NCBI GenBank assembly: GCA_963924565.1
Contig: OZ004608.1
Coordinates: 28,396,001-28,460,000 of the forward strand
DNA from: Ascidiella aspersa
Taxonomy: Eukaryota
Direction of reading: 5' to 3'
Length of the DNA: 64,000 nt
Of this stretch, positions 29,801-40,668 are shown in pieces. The position numbers were made by a program, and so were the translations under genes. Under the pieces are notes generated by a model that made no database searches, was not told where the DNA came from, and worked only from the letters and a program-made list of their open reading frames with translations. How positions within the stretch are numbered: position 1 is the stretch's first letter; each line of letters begins with the position of its first letter.

Positions 29801-30214
29801 TTCAAATAGTGTTGAAATATTTTTCATTTATACTTTTATATAGGCCTACATTTGTACTTATTTAAGTTAAGCGGTTGCAAATGAAATCGAAAATAAATAA
29901 ATGATGTTGCCAAATTATTTTAAGTGTTGGAAAATTAAAAAGTATTCAAAACGTTGAAGAGCGTAAACTTTTTCACTACCTCTTAACTTTTGCTGCTTGA
30001 CGTAAATAATTTTCACCTTTTGACCTCATTCACGTTTAGTGTTGAAATATTTTTCATTCATACCTTTATATACATTGTGCTCTTGTAAGTTAAATGGTTG
30101 CGAATAAGATTGAAAAGTAACTAACCGCTTTATTCTTTTGCAGAACATTTAAACGAACCCGAATACGACAGCGTACCCAGGGAAGACGTTAACGAATCAA
30201 GCTCGTGGAACTAA
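20827..30214 (+). CDS. Type I transmembrane C-type lectin-domain protein with Thr/Ser stalk and long disordered cytoplasmic tail (~761 aa)
   Basis: Phase-consistent exons 20827-21055, 22173-22418, 22722-22790, 23037-23105, 23294-23428, 23819-23975, 24808-24857, 25174-26046, 26627-26737, 27580-27717, 28764-28901, 30144-30214 (TAA); sum 2286 nt. Signal peptide (VCCLLAFVLCV), CTLD (AEKSC..LGAQLA, YIGL, WRPGEPN, ELCV, WIDISC, YVCQ), TM LLTTIGSAAGGGVIGGVLVVGAATLA followed by KKIK. AATAAA at 30493. The CTLD call is strong; joining of the downstream exons is inferred from phase only. Confidence 0.78.
21820..21985. mobile_element. Partial MITE with GAGTCGGACTC subterminal repeats
   Basis: Clustered GGAGTC/GGACTC motifs ending in GACTCCGCAACCCTG; similar end to 35492-35853. 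Left boundary approximate. Confidence 0.5.
22630..23262 (+). repeat. Near-identical 315-bp tandem duplication containing a 69-nt coding exon
   Basis: Two units offset by 315 nt (TCTTATAG at 22636 and 22951); both contain the exon VTTALSSETKAITTQTSNTKTFE with intact AG/GT. Confidence 0.95.
26788..27120. repeat. ~95-bp inverted-repeat arms enclosing a reverse SINE fragment
   Basis: 26788-26885 is the imperfect reverse complement of 27024-27120 (core CCTCGAAAGCTGCTTTTT / AAAAAGCAGCTTTCGAGG); the spacer 26892-27023 is the reverse complement of 27231-27362. Confidence 0.85.
27215..27362 (+). mobile_element. tRNA-derived SINE-like element
   Basis: Pol III A-box-like GAGCCAGTTGGTAAAGC and B-box-like GTGAGTTCAAAC at tRNA-like spacing, followed by a non-tRNA body; a second diverged copy lies on the - strand at 26892-27023. 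Confidence 0.6.
29702..30120 (+). repeat. Diverged ~200-bp tandem duplication in last lectin intron
   Basis: 29702-29895 and 29924-30120 share collinear blocks (AGCGTAA, TTTTGCTG, GACCTCATT, TAGTGTTGAAATATTTTTCATT, AAGTTAA..GGTTGC). Confidence 0.8.
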
Positions 30215-30979
30215 TTGAAAAAATTGTTGTGTTTTATGTTATTTGCAAAATACCCTGTTTTATCAAATGGCGTTACAAAATAGTTATTACCGACATGGTG
30301 ATGGAGCACATTTTATTTAACACTTTTTTACCAATAGCGTCATCATTAATTCCAAAATAAGGTTTTATTACTGCCTTCTTACGTAACTGCCTATCGCTCC
30401 TTTGCTATTTAAAATTTTTTGTAAAATCATGTTCATACATAGCCGTAGGCCTATTTTTATTTATCCGTGTCAGACATTCACTCGTTTAATTGAATAAAGT
30501 GTTTCTATACGTTTGCTTTATAAGTTTAATAGAATTTCGGAGGATTAAAATAGTTATTTAAACAATGAAACGTTTTTCTACACGATAAACCTTTTAGATT
30601 TTTAGTAAAAACAGTTGTCACACATATTAGACATCGATACAATTTCACAACATTGGGCAGGTTACAGGGCAATGCAATCACCGTAATAACATAGAGACTA
30701 TACAATTGCAAAACCTCGCATGATGATATGTTCATGAAACGGTTTACGACGAAATTAAAAAAATTGTTAGGACACAGTTTAGACTTCTGATATTGTTAAC
30801 ACTGAAACGTTCTCATAACGTTAAGAATTTAAATGACAGGATGACCGAACCTAAAAATATTCTTGTTTCTTGCATTGCACGAAAACCGGTACAATTCCCA
30901 AAAAATATACTTCACCATTAGAACCGCAATTCTTTCTCTCTCAGTTATTGCCAAAATCTCATGCCGATATCATTTAAAT

Positions 30980-31524
30980 CAGGGATGTCCGACCCGCGTG
31001 ATGTTTACGTGCGGCCCATCACTTATTCTCACTTTCAGTAGGGTTGATTTAAAACAGTTGTTTCGACTATTATCAAAACATGTAGAACGCGGCACGCGCA
31101 GTATTCGATGTGGGCCTAATCTTATGTTTCTATCTCAGACAATAATGGAGTCTAATGTCTCATTTCAACATCCGTCGAACACTTGTGCACCCATCATTGT
31201 TAAGTAAAATGTATGTTTTTCTAAATGTTTATTTTTGCGGATCGTTTTAAGGAAATATATCATCCCAAAGGTGTCGTACCATGGCATGATTCGGCATATA
31301 AACTCCATTTTTAGCGCCTCGCGCCAAAAAAGGCCGAGATTTAATTGAATATTTGCGCACAAATTCACTCTCGAAGAGCGGGTGTTCATAAGTTTAGTTG
31401 TTTTATGACGTCACTATATGACGTAACTTATGACTTCAATCGTTTAATTTAATAGGTTTTGCGGCCCATCAAAATTTTTAAAGTGGCAATGCGGCACATT
31501 CTGCTGAAAGGTAGGTCATCCCTG
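30980..31524. mobile_element. Non-autonomous hAT MITE, intergenic
   Basis: TIR CAGGGATG / CATCCCTG, subterminal GCGGCCC motifs, TSD ATTTAAAT/ATTTATAT (1 mismatch). Confidence 0.75.
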
Positions 31525-31992
31525 ATTTATATATACACGAAACGCAATAAATTGCAACTGGTTGTTTTACAATGTCAGCTGAACGCAAGCGCGCCTTTAT
31601 ATGTGCCATCAAAAACAAAACGACAGTGATAAGAACCCGTTTAGGTTAAAGGTTTAAACGTATTCACAGTTTCATGTTTTCCACCAAATGCGTACGGTCA
31701 AACAGGTTAACAAGGCAAATGCCTAAAAAGCGCAGAAGATTTAGACAATCTTGGTTGATAGCCGTATTTGTCTTACTCAGAGTTAGAATAAAAAACGGTG
31801 AAAAAACAAACTTTCACTCTTTGCGCTTGTGCCTTTACTTCGCTTGTTTTCACCGTTTTTTATTCGTAACCTGTCCTAATGAAGCGGGGTTGTGCGAAAG
31901 CTCGTCAACAGTTAAAAACAATTCGTCAACAGGGACACTTGTTTCAGCTTAAAACAGACTTCTCGATGTTTCGCAGTTTGTCATTGCACAAT

Positions 31993-34900
31993 TCAGTGTT
32001 CGTGAGTGTACGACATCGGCAGCCCACTGCGTCCCTCTTTGGCGACATCTACCGGCGTTTCACCCAGCTTTTGTTCGAGCCCTTGCCATGAACGCTCGGC
32101 GTAGAACTGAGCTGCAGTTTGAAATGTACAGGAGATATTAGATAAGCATATGAAAATAATAGGAAATAATGCAGTAGCAAGAATGTGTGCTGTTCTTGTT
32201 TGACTTCACCACTGCATATGAGTGCATTATTGACGACAGATTTTAGCATCGACAGAAACCAAAACTTAATAATATTCCGAAAGTTTATTAACAAGTATTG
32301 AGAGTAGGGATATTCGATAATATTGGATATGCCCGATGCCAAGCGGTCAGTATTTATCCGATACCAGGGAGTAGAGTGATATGTGTGCCGATCCCAAAAC
32401 AAATCTCAACATTTCGGCCATGGTTTTCGATCTAATTCCACTTTGAAAGTTCATTAGAAACTACCAGATTAAAGGTAACTAATTAAGTTTTGCTTAAGAA
32501 CCGTCAATTTGAACCGATTTGCTTAGTGATCATAGTAATAACGTCATTCGGAATCAGTACTTTGTCATTACTTTTTGTATAACGCGTCAAGCATTGATTT
32601 TGGAATGAAATACATATCAGAGTTTGGGAGATCTAATTTACAGTCGTTAAAAATAAGAAAAAATAGTTCCTTGATAATCCAAGTAAGAGTCATTGTTTTG
32701 TATTGAAGAAACAATAGCCTATCCAAAAGACAGTTGGCTGTTTTTTCGTTCGGTGAAGTTAAATCAAGTTATAAAATTAGTCTTTTCAAATGTACGTATA
32801 AAACACGTTTGCTTTACTCTTACCAGAAGAAAACGGATGAAAGACACTTAAGGCTTGTTGCTTTATAGTGTCGATTTGTTTATCGGCATCAGATGGATTC
32901 AACAAATTGGAAGCACCTTCAAGAACTTTACCAGAAATTAGGGAAACCGTCGCCTCATCCTGGGGGCTGAACTCCACAAAATGCTTTCCACCTAGACAGA
33001 AAAAGTTTGGCATTAAAACAAATTGCTGCAACACAATGAACAAAAAATCGATTCAGTAACATTCGGTTAAATTTCAGCAATACGAGCATATAAAGCATAA
33101 AAAATTGGAAAAATAATTAACTCAAGGGCTGAAAAGTTGAAACACGTGTTGGGAGGTTAAATTTATATTTGCAAGACATAGATTTAACGTAAGTTTAAAC
33201 CTAACCCTATTTCACTCAGCCATTTTAGTAAAAACGCGTTTTTCTAGGATAACTCTGGTCAATTGGAGGTGTAATAACGCCATTTTGCTGTCCATGGCAG
33301 CACTGGCTGCGTCAATAGGTAAAACGCCCTGGTTGGACCCGCGTGACAATTTGATGTGGCCCGCATCAGAATTTTATCGTATAAAATGTGGCATCGAAAG
33401 TTAAAACAGCCAAATTTTTATGTACAATTATTCCCTTGATATCACTTTGTGTATTTATGCGCTATGTTAGTTAAGCGATTAAATATATTGTAACGTGAAT
33501 TTTTTTTTAATGCCACCCATTTAAAAACTGGCCATTTTTGCAACAGCCTCTTGGTAGTCTATACTTCCAGAATCCAGTGAAGTACATTTTGCCAGGCAAG
33601 TGTATATGTATTTTAGAAATTTTTCTTATTTTCTATTGGAAATATTTTTTAGGCCCGCCTGTATGTGCAATGTATCCAGCAGTACTGAACAGGTTCCATA
33701 TTTTTGGAATATTTAAGGTACGCCTTCTCTGACATAAAAAATGTTAAACGAGTTAACGCACCTGGCAATAGATCGGTAAAATCGGTAACGTAGGCTTCCC
33801 CCCACTCCCTGTTTGCGTTGCAGGCCACTTCCACCTCGTACGGAGTCGCTATCGGCTTGTAGTAGTCACTGGAATCGACCAGCGCTTCCTCGGGACAAGC
33901 GACCAACACGAAAACGTCAATCTGGTAAAAATTGGAATATTGAATTACAAAGCCATAAAGGTCGAGTAGGTCGACATCATCTTGATTATTGTACACATTA
34001 TAAAAAAATGATAAAAGCAAAAATGAATAAAAAAACATCTTAATAATCAAGATGATGTCGATCTGCTCGACCTTTTTTGGCTTTGCAATTCATTATCAAG
34101 CTACATTACACATCCGTGTATAGTGTACCCAAATTGGAATAACATTTGGAGGAATAACAATGCAATGAACGTTTTGTTTACTGTTCAATACATTTGGCAC
34201 CGCCGCGATTGAAGTTTCAAGTTCAAGTTTTTTTAGTTTTTCTCCCCATCCACGATCAATACAATGCACGCAAGCAAACTAGAAAAGTGCATAACGTCAC
34301 TGAATTAGGGGAAGGAGCAGTCTTAAACCAAAAGCGGTTATACAAAGAGACTGACCCTACTAATTTAGCAATAATTTAGAGAATGGATTTGCAAAGAAAA
34401 AAAAATGCGAGGAAATAATCATATAAACACAATTACGACATTTGCAAGGAAGCAATTATATAAAAATACACAATTACGCACATAGTGATGAAGTTCGAAA
34501 CGGGACACGGCTCTTCACAGGTATAATGCTTTTGCGGAACGTAGAGAGTCTTGCTTACTACTCGCAGTCAAACACAGAAAACTGTCGTACCTCTGGGAAG
34601 TTGGCCAGCTTCTGCGGGTTCAGCTTGCCCACAACAAACGTGTAGCTTTTCTTTCCGGAGCGCTTCAGAATGTCCTTCAGGTGCTTGATGATCTCCCTGA
34701 ACCTGGCCATGCCCATGGTGCCCACGAGGATGCCGACCGTGTTTGCGTCTTTCACTCTTTCGCTCACGTAGTAGCGCTTCATCAGCATTCTTGGCATGAC
34801 ACAAGAGAAAGAAGTTTTTTGATTTTTCTGGCAAACTGTACTACCGCTTAGGCTAGAATAATTTGCACCTCTGCAAACCAGCACTGCGTCAAAAATATTC

Positions 34901-37900
34901 GTACAGATTATAGATGATTGGAAAACTGGTTTCTCAAAAGTTTTTTTTCGGGGGGGAGCATGATTTTTTTAAATGACCTTAAGTTGCATCATCATGTGAC
35001 GCCATAAAACAATAATCATAAGAAAGCTGCTATTCTCGTTGTGCGCAAGCTTGTGAAGCTGAATTTGAGTTTGAAGAGAAGGTGGCATAATGCGATGCAC
35101 AATAAATGCCGCAGTTTTATTTAAAATAGCAAATCGTGTTTACAATTTGTTTGAGTAATCGTAATTTGCCTTTACGGACAGTTACGTTAAAACGGGCAAA
35201 ACTATAATTTGGGGGACAGACCTGAACCCACCCCTGATATAAAGAGTACGCTTTATGTTGGATTGAACTAAAACAATCACGCTTGTTCTTACATTATGTG
35301 CGTTGTTAAATGTTATAGTGAACATTTTCCTAAAAGAAGGTGAGAAGAGTTACAGCTCCATCGTTAAATTTGAAAATTTTGCTTAGCTGGCAGAAACCGG
35401 CGCCGGGCCGTATTTTGCACAAGGCTCCTTTAGACACTTTACAAGGGATACTAAAATTAAAGAAGGTTAAAAACCACTCGTCTGTTTAAACCAGGACTGC
35501 AGATTCGGTTAATAATAAGCTGAGTCCGTCTCGGCCGAACGAGTGCGACTAATGCTTGAGTCCCGGCTCCAACTCCGTATTGAATCTATTTTTGTAACCA
35601 AAAGGAGGTGGATATACAATATACAGCTATCCAATTATAAGGGTGCTAACATTACCCAGCGGTAAAAGAATATTTAACTATATGCTATTCCATCTTAACG
35701 ATTACAGTTTGCAGCTTTCTAGTTTTCGCACTTGCTACATGTGCATGCCGGACTGGGGATACGAGTAGTTTTATGTAGTCCACTCGAGTCCTGAGTCTGA
35801 CAGAAAAAACAACTCCATTGAGTCCCTAATCCAACTCAGACTCCGCAGCAATGGTTTAAACATTTAAAGTATCTGTAAATTGTCATATACGCCATAATCA
35901 ATTTATTTTGAAGATAAATAAATAACCTCACAAGAACTGTGTAAAACCAGTTTTTAGAAATGTTTTATAGCAAAGGGTGCTTTTATCTAGTTGCAATTTT
36001 CACACTTGCATATTTGTCTTATGATGCCACACAAGTCTACAAATATCCTGAACAACTGAGATTTACTTGTTGATAGTAGATTTCAGTTGTGAAGTGTGAT
36101 TCGAAGAAGGGTCATAAACACATCCCTGCAAGGCTGGGTGTTTCAACTGAAAGTTCCTCAACATTTCACTATTTTCTTGGCCAATGAAGAAAACTGAGTA
36201 ATCATCAAGTTTGGTGTCTTCATGCAGTTTAACATAGAAAGATTCAAACTGGTATTCCTACGAAATGGAGTAAAAAAACAGAATTGGATCTTAACAGCTT
36301 TAGACAATACACTGAAACAACTGGAGTCAACATTAAAGTTAACATTTGCAACAAACTCTTTTGAAGAGTTAGCAAATAAAGCAGCTTGATAAAAAAACAC
36401 TAACGCATTTTTCTGGTTATTTTGGCCTTAATTCAGTGGTTTCAAACTTGTTTATTCTGTTGCCCAAATTTTGTTTATAACACATTTGCGGTCATAAACC
36501 TTTCTTGCACAACCTTTAGCTCATTTTCCAAATAAAAAGCATCGCCCTGATTAATATATAAAGCGAAATTAATTCTAACAAAAACTGAATAATCCTTTAC
36601 CTCCCGATCAGTTTTACATGGAATTGAATATCTTTATCAACAGACTGCTGGGCCCTGGAGCACAGTTAGGGAACAACTGCCTTAATTGAAGGTAACTAGT
36701 AAAATGTAAATACTCCCAAGTAAGGTATTAAAGTAATTTGTATATTTATTATTGGGGTTGATTAGCTGGACTTCCATTCGCTTACCAAAGGATCAGAGGA
36801 CAAAACTTCCTTTCGTTCTGGCAGCTTTTCAGTTCGACAAGAGCAATCTGGACAAGAGTTGGTGCAAAAGTCCTCATCTTGCTTTGTGGCATTCTCCACA
36901 GAATCAGTGGCAACACCAGGAAGGCGAATTCTTGCCATTGTAACATTAACGTAATCGGAAGCAAGTTTTTCATAGAAAGAATCTGAACAAAGCCAGTATT
37001 ATATGTTATTTATATATATATTTCATGTTCTAAACATTCATATAGTTGGTCAAAGGGTTACAGTAGACATTTTAGATAATGTTTGCATAATTATATTAAC
37101 GGCTGAAGTATGACATCAGGCTACATGCTGATTATCACCCAATCCGTTAGAAATTAGTGGATTTCTAAGCAAAAAGGTCTACGACAATTAGTCCATCCAA
37201 TGGATCAAAAAGTCTGACTTTTAGACTTTGAGGTCTCAGGCAATGCACCAATTTGACTTAACAATGTGCTTCAAAAGATTAAGTTTAATAATGTTTGACC
37301 TACCTAAATCCAAACGCTAACCAGCACCCGAACCCAAATAATGTGCGTTGAATTAATATTTACATAAACGCTTTAGGCTCCAATGCCTCAATTTGTGACG
37401 TAACAATCCTATGGTACCATAGACGAGAAACTATCTTATGCCCACCCAAGTTTGTGCTTTTTTCCCAGGGTTCATATAATTATTAAATTTACGCACATTA
37501 TTTGGGTTAGGGTGGGTCAAGTGTTATTAATGCCATTTCACACTTTTTGTAATTTTTTGTGAATGTAATTGTCGTAGACCTTTTTGCTTAGAAATGCACT
37601 AATTTCTAACGGATCGGGTGTGATTATTGTATCTATATATGCATCAAAAATTATTTTGCTTGATATATATATGGATATATATAATAAACATAGATTGTTG
37701 CAACATAGAATATATTTTGATTTTGTTTATATCAGTGGTCCTTCAAGAGGTATTGTGTTTTTTATTATTATTTATATAAAGAATTTGTGATAGTTATTGT
37801 AAGGGCCTAAAAAATGATTTTATTTATTTATAAGTTTATAACACTAGAATTTTTTATAAGTACAATAACATGTTTCAATATATACCAAAATAATTATAAA

Positions 37901-38973
37901 AATGCTTGCATAAATATACCTAATATATGCACATAGGACACTTGAGCTAAAATGCAAATCTTCTCATTGACGTCTTTAAAAGATTGCCTGAAAGAGTTGT
38001 ACATGTTGTCCAAGTTAAGGTGCCTCCCACCGAACACATAAAGTGTTGGTATCTTAGCATTGGCTGTGACAGCTGCTTTACCATAGTGAATAATGAGGTC
38101 AGCTTGGATGTGCTGTGCTGCAACTTCGTCCACATCATAACTAAAAGTTTAAAATATTTTTTATAATTTAAGCTAATGGCCACACCTTCACATACATCTT
38201 TTTTGGGATAATATCACATAATGTTTAAATTGAAGCAAAATAGAAAAACATTGGGATGGTTAATAACTGTTTACATAAAGCTTACTGTTACCTACATCTA
38301 TTTTAAGGATTATGTTGTTGCAAAACATACAAAAACTAATGAATAGTTTTAAGCATAAAAAATATACATAAAAGTTTAACTTTGTAATTATGTTTTTTGT
38401 GGGTTGTCCCACCATTTAAAAATAGATTGGGAATGCAAACATAATTCAAAGTCATGCTATGTTATATCCTTTTGAGAACATAACAGTAACAACAACCTTC
38501 CATATGAAGTGTCCGCAAGCAAATAGACATTTGCAGATGTTCTTTTTTGCATCTCAAGTGTCACCTGAGCTGCATCAGGTAACATGTAATCTGGAAACTG
38601 CAGCGCCACGCTGGTACAAAGATTCTCCTAAAAAATTAAAGAAAAGTAACAGAAGTGCTGTGGTGAAAATATTTCAACTCAAAAAGTACACTATATTTCT
38701 ATTCAGTATTTAATATAGATTCTTGAGTTTCAGGAAATATAATTTTTAAATTTACCCCCATTTTTACCAAATAAAACCATATTTACTGTAGTTAGAAACA
38801 AAAACATACATAGTAGTTAAAACCAAAAACATTACTTTGATATAATGGGCACATCTTTCAATCTCATATATAGTGTTTAAGTCAGAAGTTGTTGTTGTCT
38901 TGGAAATCAATTCTTCTGTATTGGAAACGCGAGACAACACTTCCAAATCGCTGGAGCTAAAACCAGATGACAT
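31993..38973 (-). CDS. DPH2: 2-(3-amino-3-carboxypropyl)histidine synthase subunit 2 (diphthamide biosynthesis protein 2), ~507 aa
   Basis: Exons (-): 38973-38836, 38627-38497, 38140-37920, 36982-36786, 36257-36067, 34789-34591, 33921-33762, 32991-32824, 32111-31993 (1524 nt, in frame). Motifs [91 protein letters not shown]...GRSG match eukaryotic Dph2. Confidence 0.95.
33941..34092. repeat. ~50-bp-arm inverted repeat (hairpin) in DPH2 intron 6
   Basis: 33941-33990 (…AAGGTCGAGTAGGTCGACATCATCTTGATTATT) pairs with 34042-34092 (AATAATCAAGATGATGTCGATCTGCTCGACCTT…). Confidence 0.85.
35492..35853. mobile_element. hAT-type MITE in DPH2 intron 5
   Basis: Perfect 8-bp TSD GTTTAAAC; degenerate TIRs (CAGGACTGCAGATTC / GACTCCGCAGCAATG); GAGTC/GACTC subterminal repeats. 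Confidence 0.7.
36434..36679. mobile_element. hAT MITE in DPH2 intron 4
   Basis: CAGTGGTTTCAAAC ... GTTAGGGAACAACTG with perfect TSD CCTTAATT. Confidence 0.75.
37136..37620. mobile_element. Foldback element with ~55-bp near-perfect TIRs and 7-bp TSD in DPH2 intron 3
   Basis: CACCCAATCCGTTAGAAATTAGTGGATTTCTAAGCAAAAAGGTCTACGACAATTA and its reverse complement ending at 37620; flanked by TGATTAT on both sides; an additional inner inverted pair is present. Confidence 0.85.
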
Positions 38974-40668
38974 TTGGTACTGCACAGTTTCTACTTTACT
39001 TCAGTTAAAATTAAACAAAAAAAGTTGTTTATTCGTAGTTGAAGTTTGAACTTTACATTTCAACTCAAAAAATAAAATTTGCTAACCAGATGAGGACTGA
39101 TAAAATTTGGATGACAAATCAATCATTATTAATTTGACAATTGTACATTTTGAGCAGATCTGTCAATGTAATTCTTTCCGTTGGGCTGTAAACTTTTGTA
39201 CAAATAAAAATGTGTCTTCCTTCAAGCTTAAATGTTACAAAAAAAAAATTCGAAAAGAAATCATTTAACAACTGTTTTATTTCCCAAGGAAATTAATTAG
39301 TGTTAGTTTTCTGAGTGTACATACAGAAACAGGTATTTCTTATGGAAGAGGTCATTTATCCCGAAAACAAGGTGGTTTAAATCGACTTATAATAATCACT
39401 CATGGATGTATGCATACCACTAACAGAGCCCCCATTTAATTCCCATCCCACCAAAGATCTTTGAATTAGTAAAAAGATTTTCATTGTCAAAGTAATTACA
39501 AAATTGACTTTAGCGGATGTGTTGTCTTTGTTGTTGACAAGTGCATAAAGGGTGGAATAACTGTGAGAATTGACGATTGCACCCTTAATATAAACCTCTG
39601 CGTCGAACTTGTCATTTAGTTGTTTTAATTTCATCAATAGGAGTCTAAAATTAAACTAAACACATTTTAATTTTAAGGCGGAGTATGACTCAATATTAAT
39701 ATCTTTTTCCAAAAAAGTCTGATTGCTGGCTCAGTTAGGTTGCTAATGAGTAATGTGTAAACATTTTTTGGTCGATATCTTGTTTATTTCCGGGAATATT
39801 ACACAACGAATTTCAAGCGGCGTACTTCCCTTTGGTCTTTTTAACTGAATTTTATCTTGAATAAAGGCAATTCATGCGGAAAACTCATCATGCAGAATCA
39901 TCACATCTGGTATGCAAGGTGTAGTGTGATGTCTAATTGTTTATCGAATTACGTTCAGCTTTAGATAGTCATGTATGTTACTTTTGCTGTTTTTTTCGGG
40001 CCAATGATTTTCATTTAACCTTTTTCTTTTCAAAATATGCTAGTTCTGTGTTAACTTTTTACCTTTCTTTTTACCCTGTATTTCAACTAAACTGTTTAAA
40101 TAGTAGCTGGCATCTTTTTACTTAAAAATAATTTTCATAGATTTTCATATACCCAAAATATCAACTAAGCCAGAACAAAACCATTCGTTGTTTAAATCAA
40201 TCTATTATAATTTATAACATAAAAAGTTAAGATTTTTAGGGCAATTTTATTTTTTAGGTTAAAAAAAACGCCTGGGCACATACGAACTTACATTGTAATT
40301 GTATATCTTACTTTATGTTTTAATATCACCCATCAAGGGGCAAGGGCCATCACTTAGTGTTCCACTAGTTAAAAAACAAAACTGCTAAATTTTGTAAATT
40401 TCTAGAGTTTTTGTTATGCAGTCAAATACAAGGTACGAAATAAAATACTTTGGTAATGGGATTCTACATCAAGCAAAAAAATGATTTTTACATTAAATTA
40501 TGAGTTTTTGACATTTTGCAGTTTAATAAAGGATGACTCAGATGTCCGATGCATGACTTTGCAAAAATATATACTCGTCGTGGATGAGTGCGGCTGCCAA
40601 AAAAGTTCATAAAATCTTACATAAAATGCTCACATAAATGGTATCGAATCTACGCCACTACGATCGCA

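Noticed and set aside
40312-40365. Minus-strand exon-like segment with in-frame TGA (MALAP*WVILKHK) as a selenoprotein
   Set aside because: No redox motif, no recognisable SECIS, and downstream segments contain other stops.
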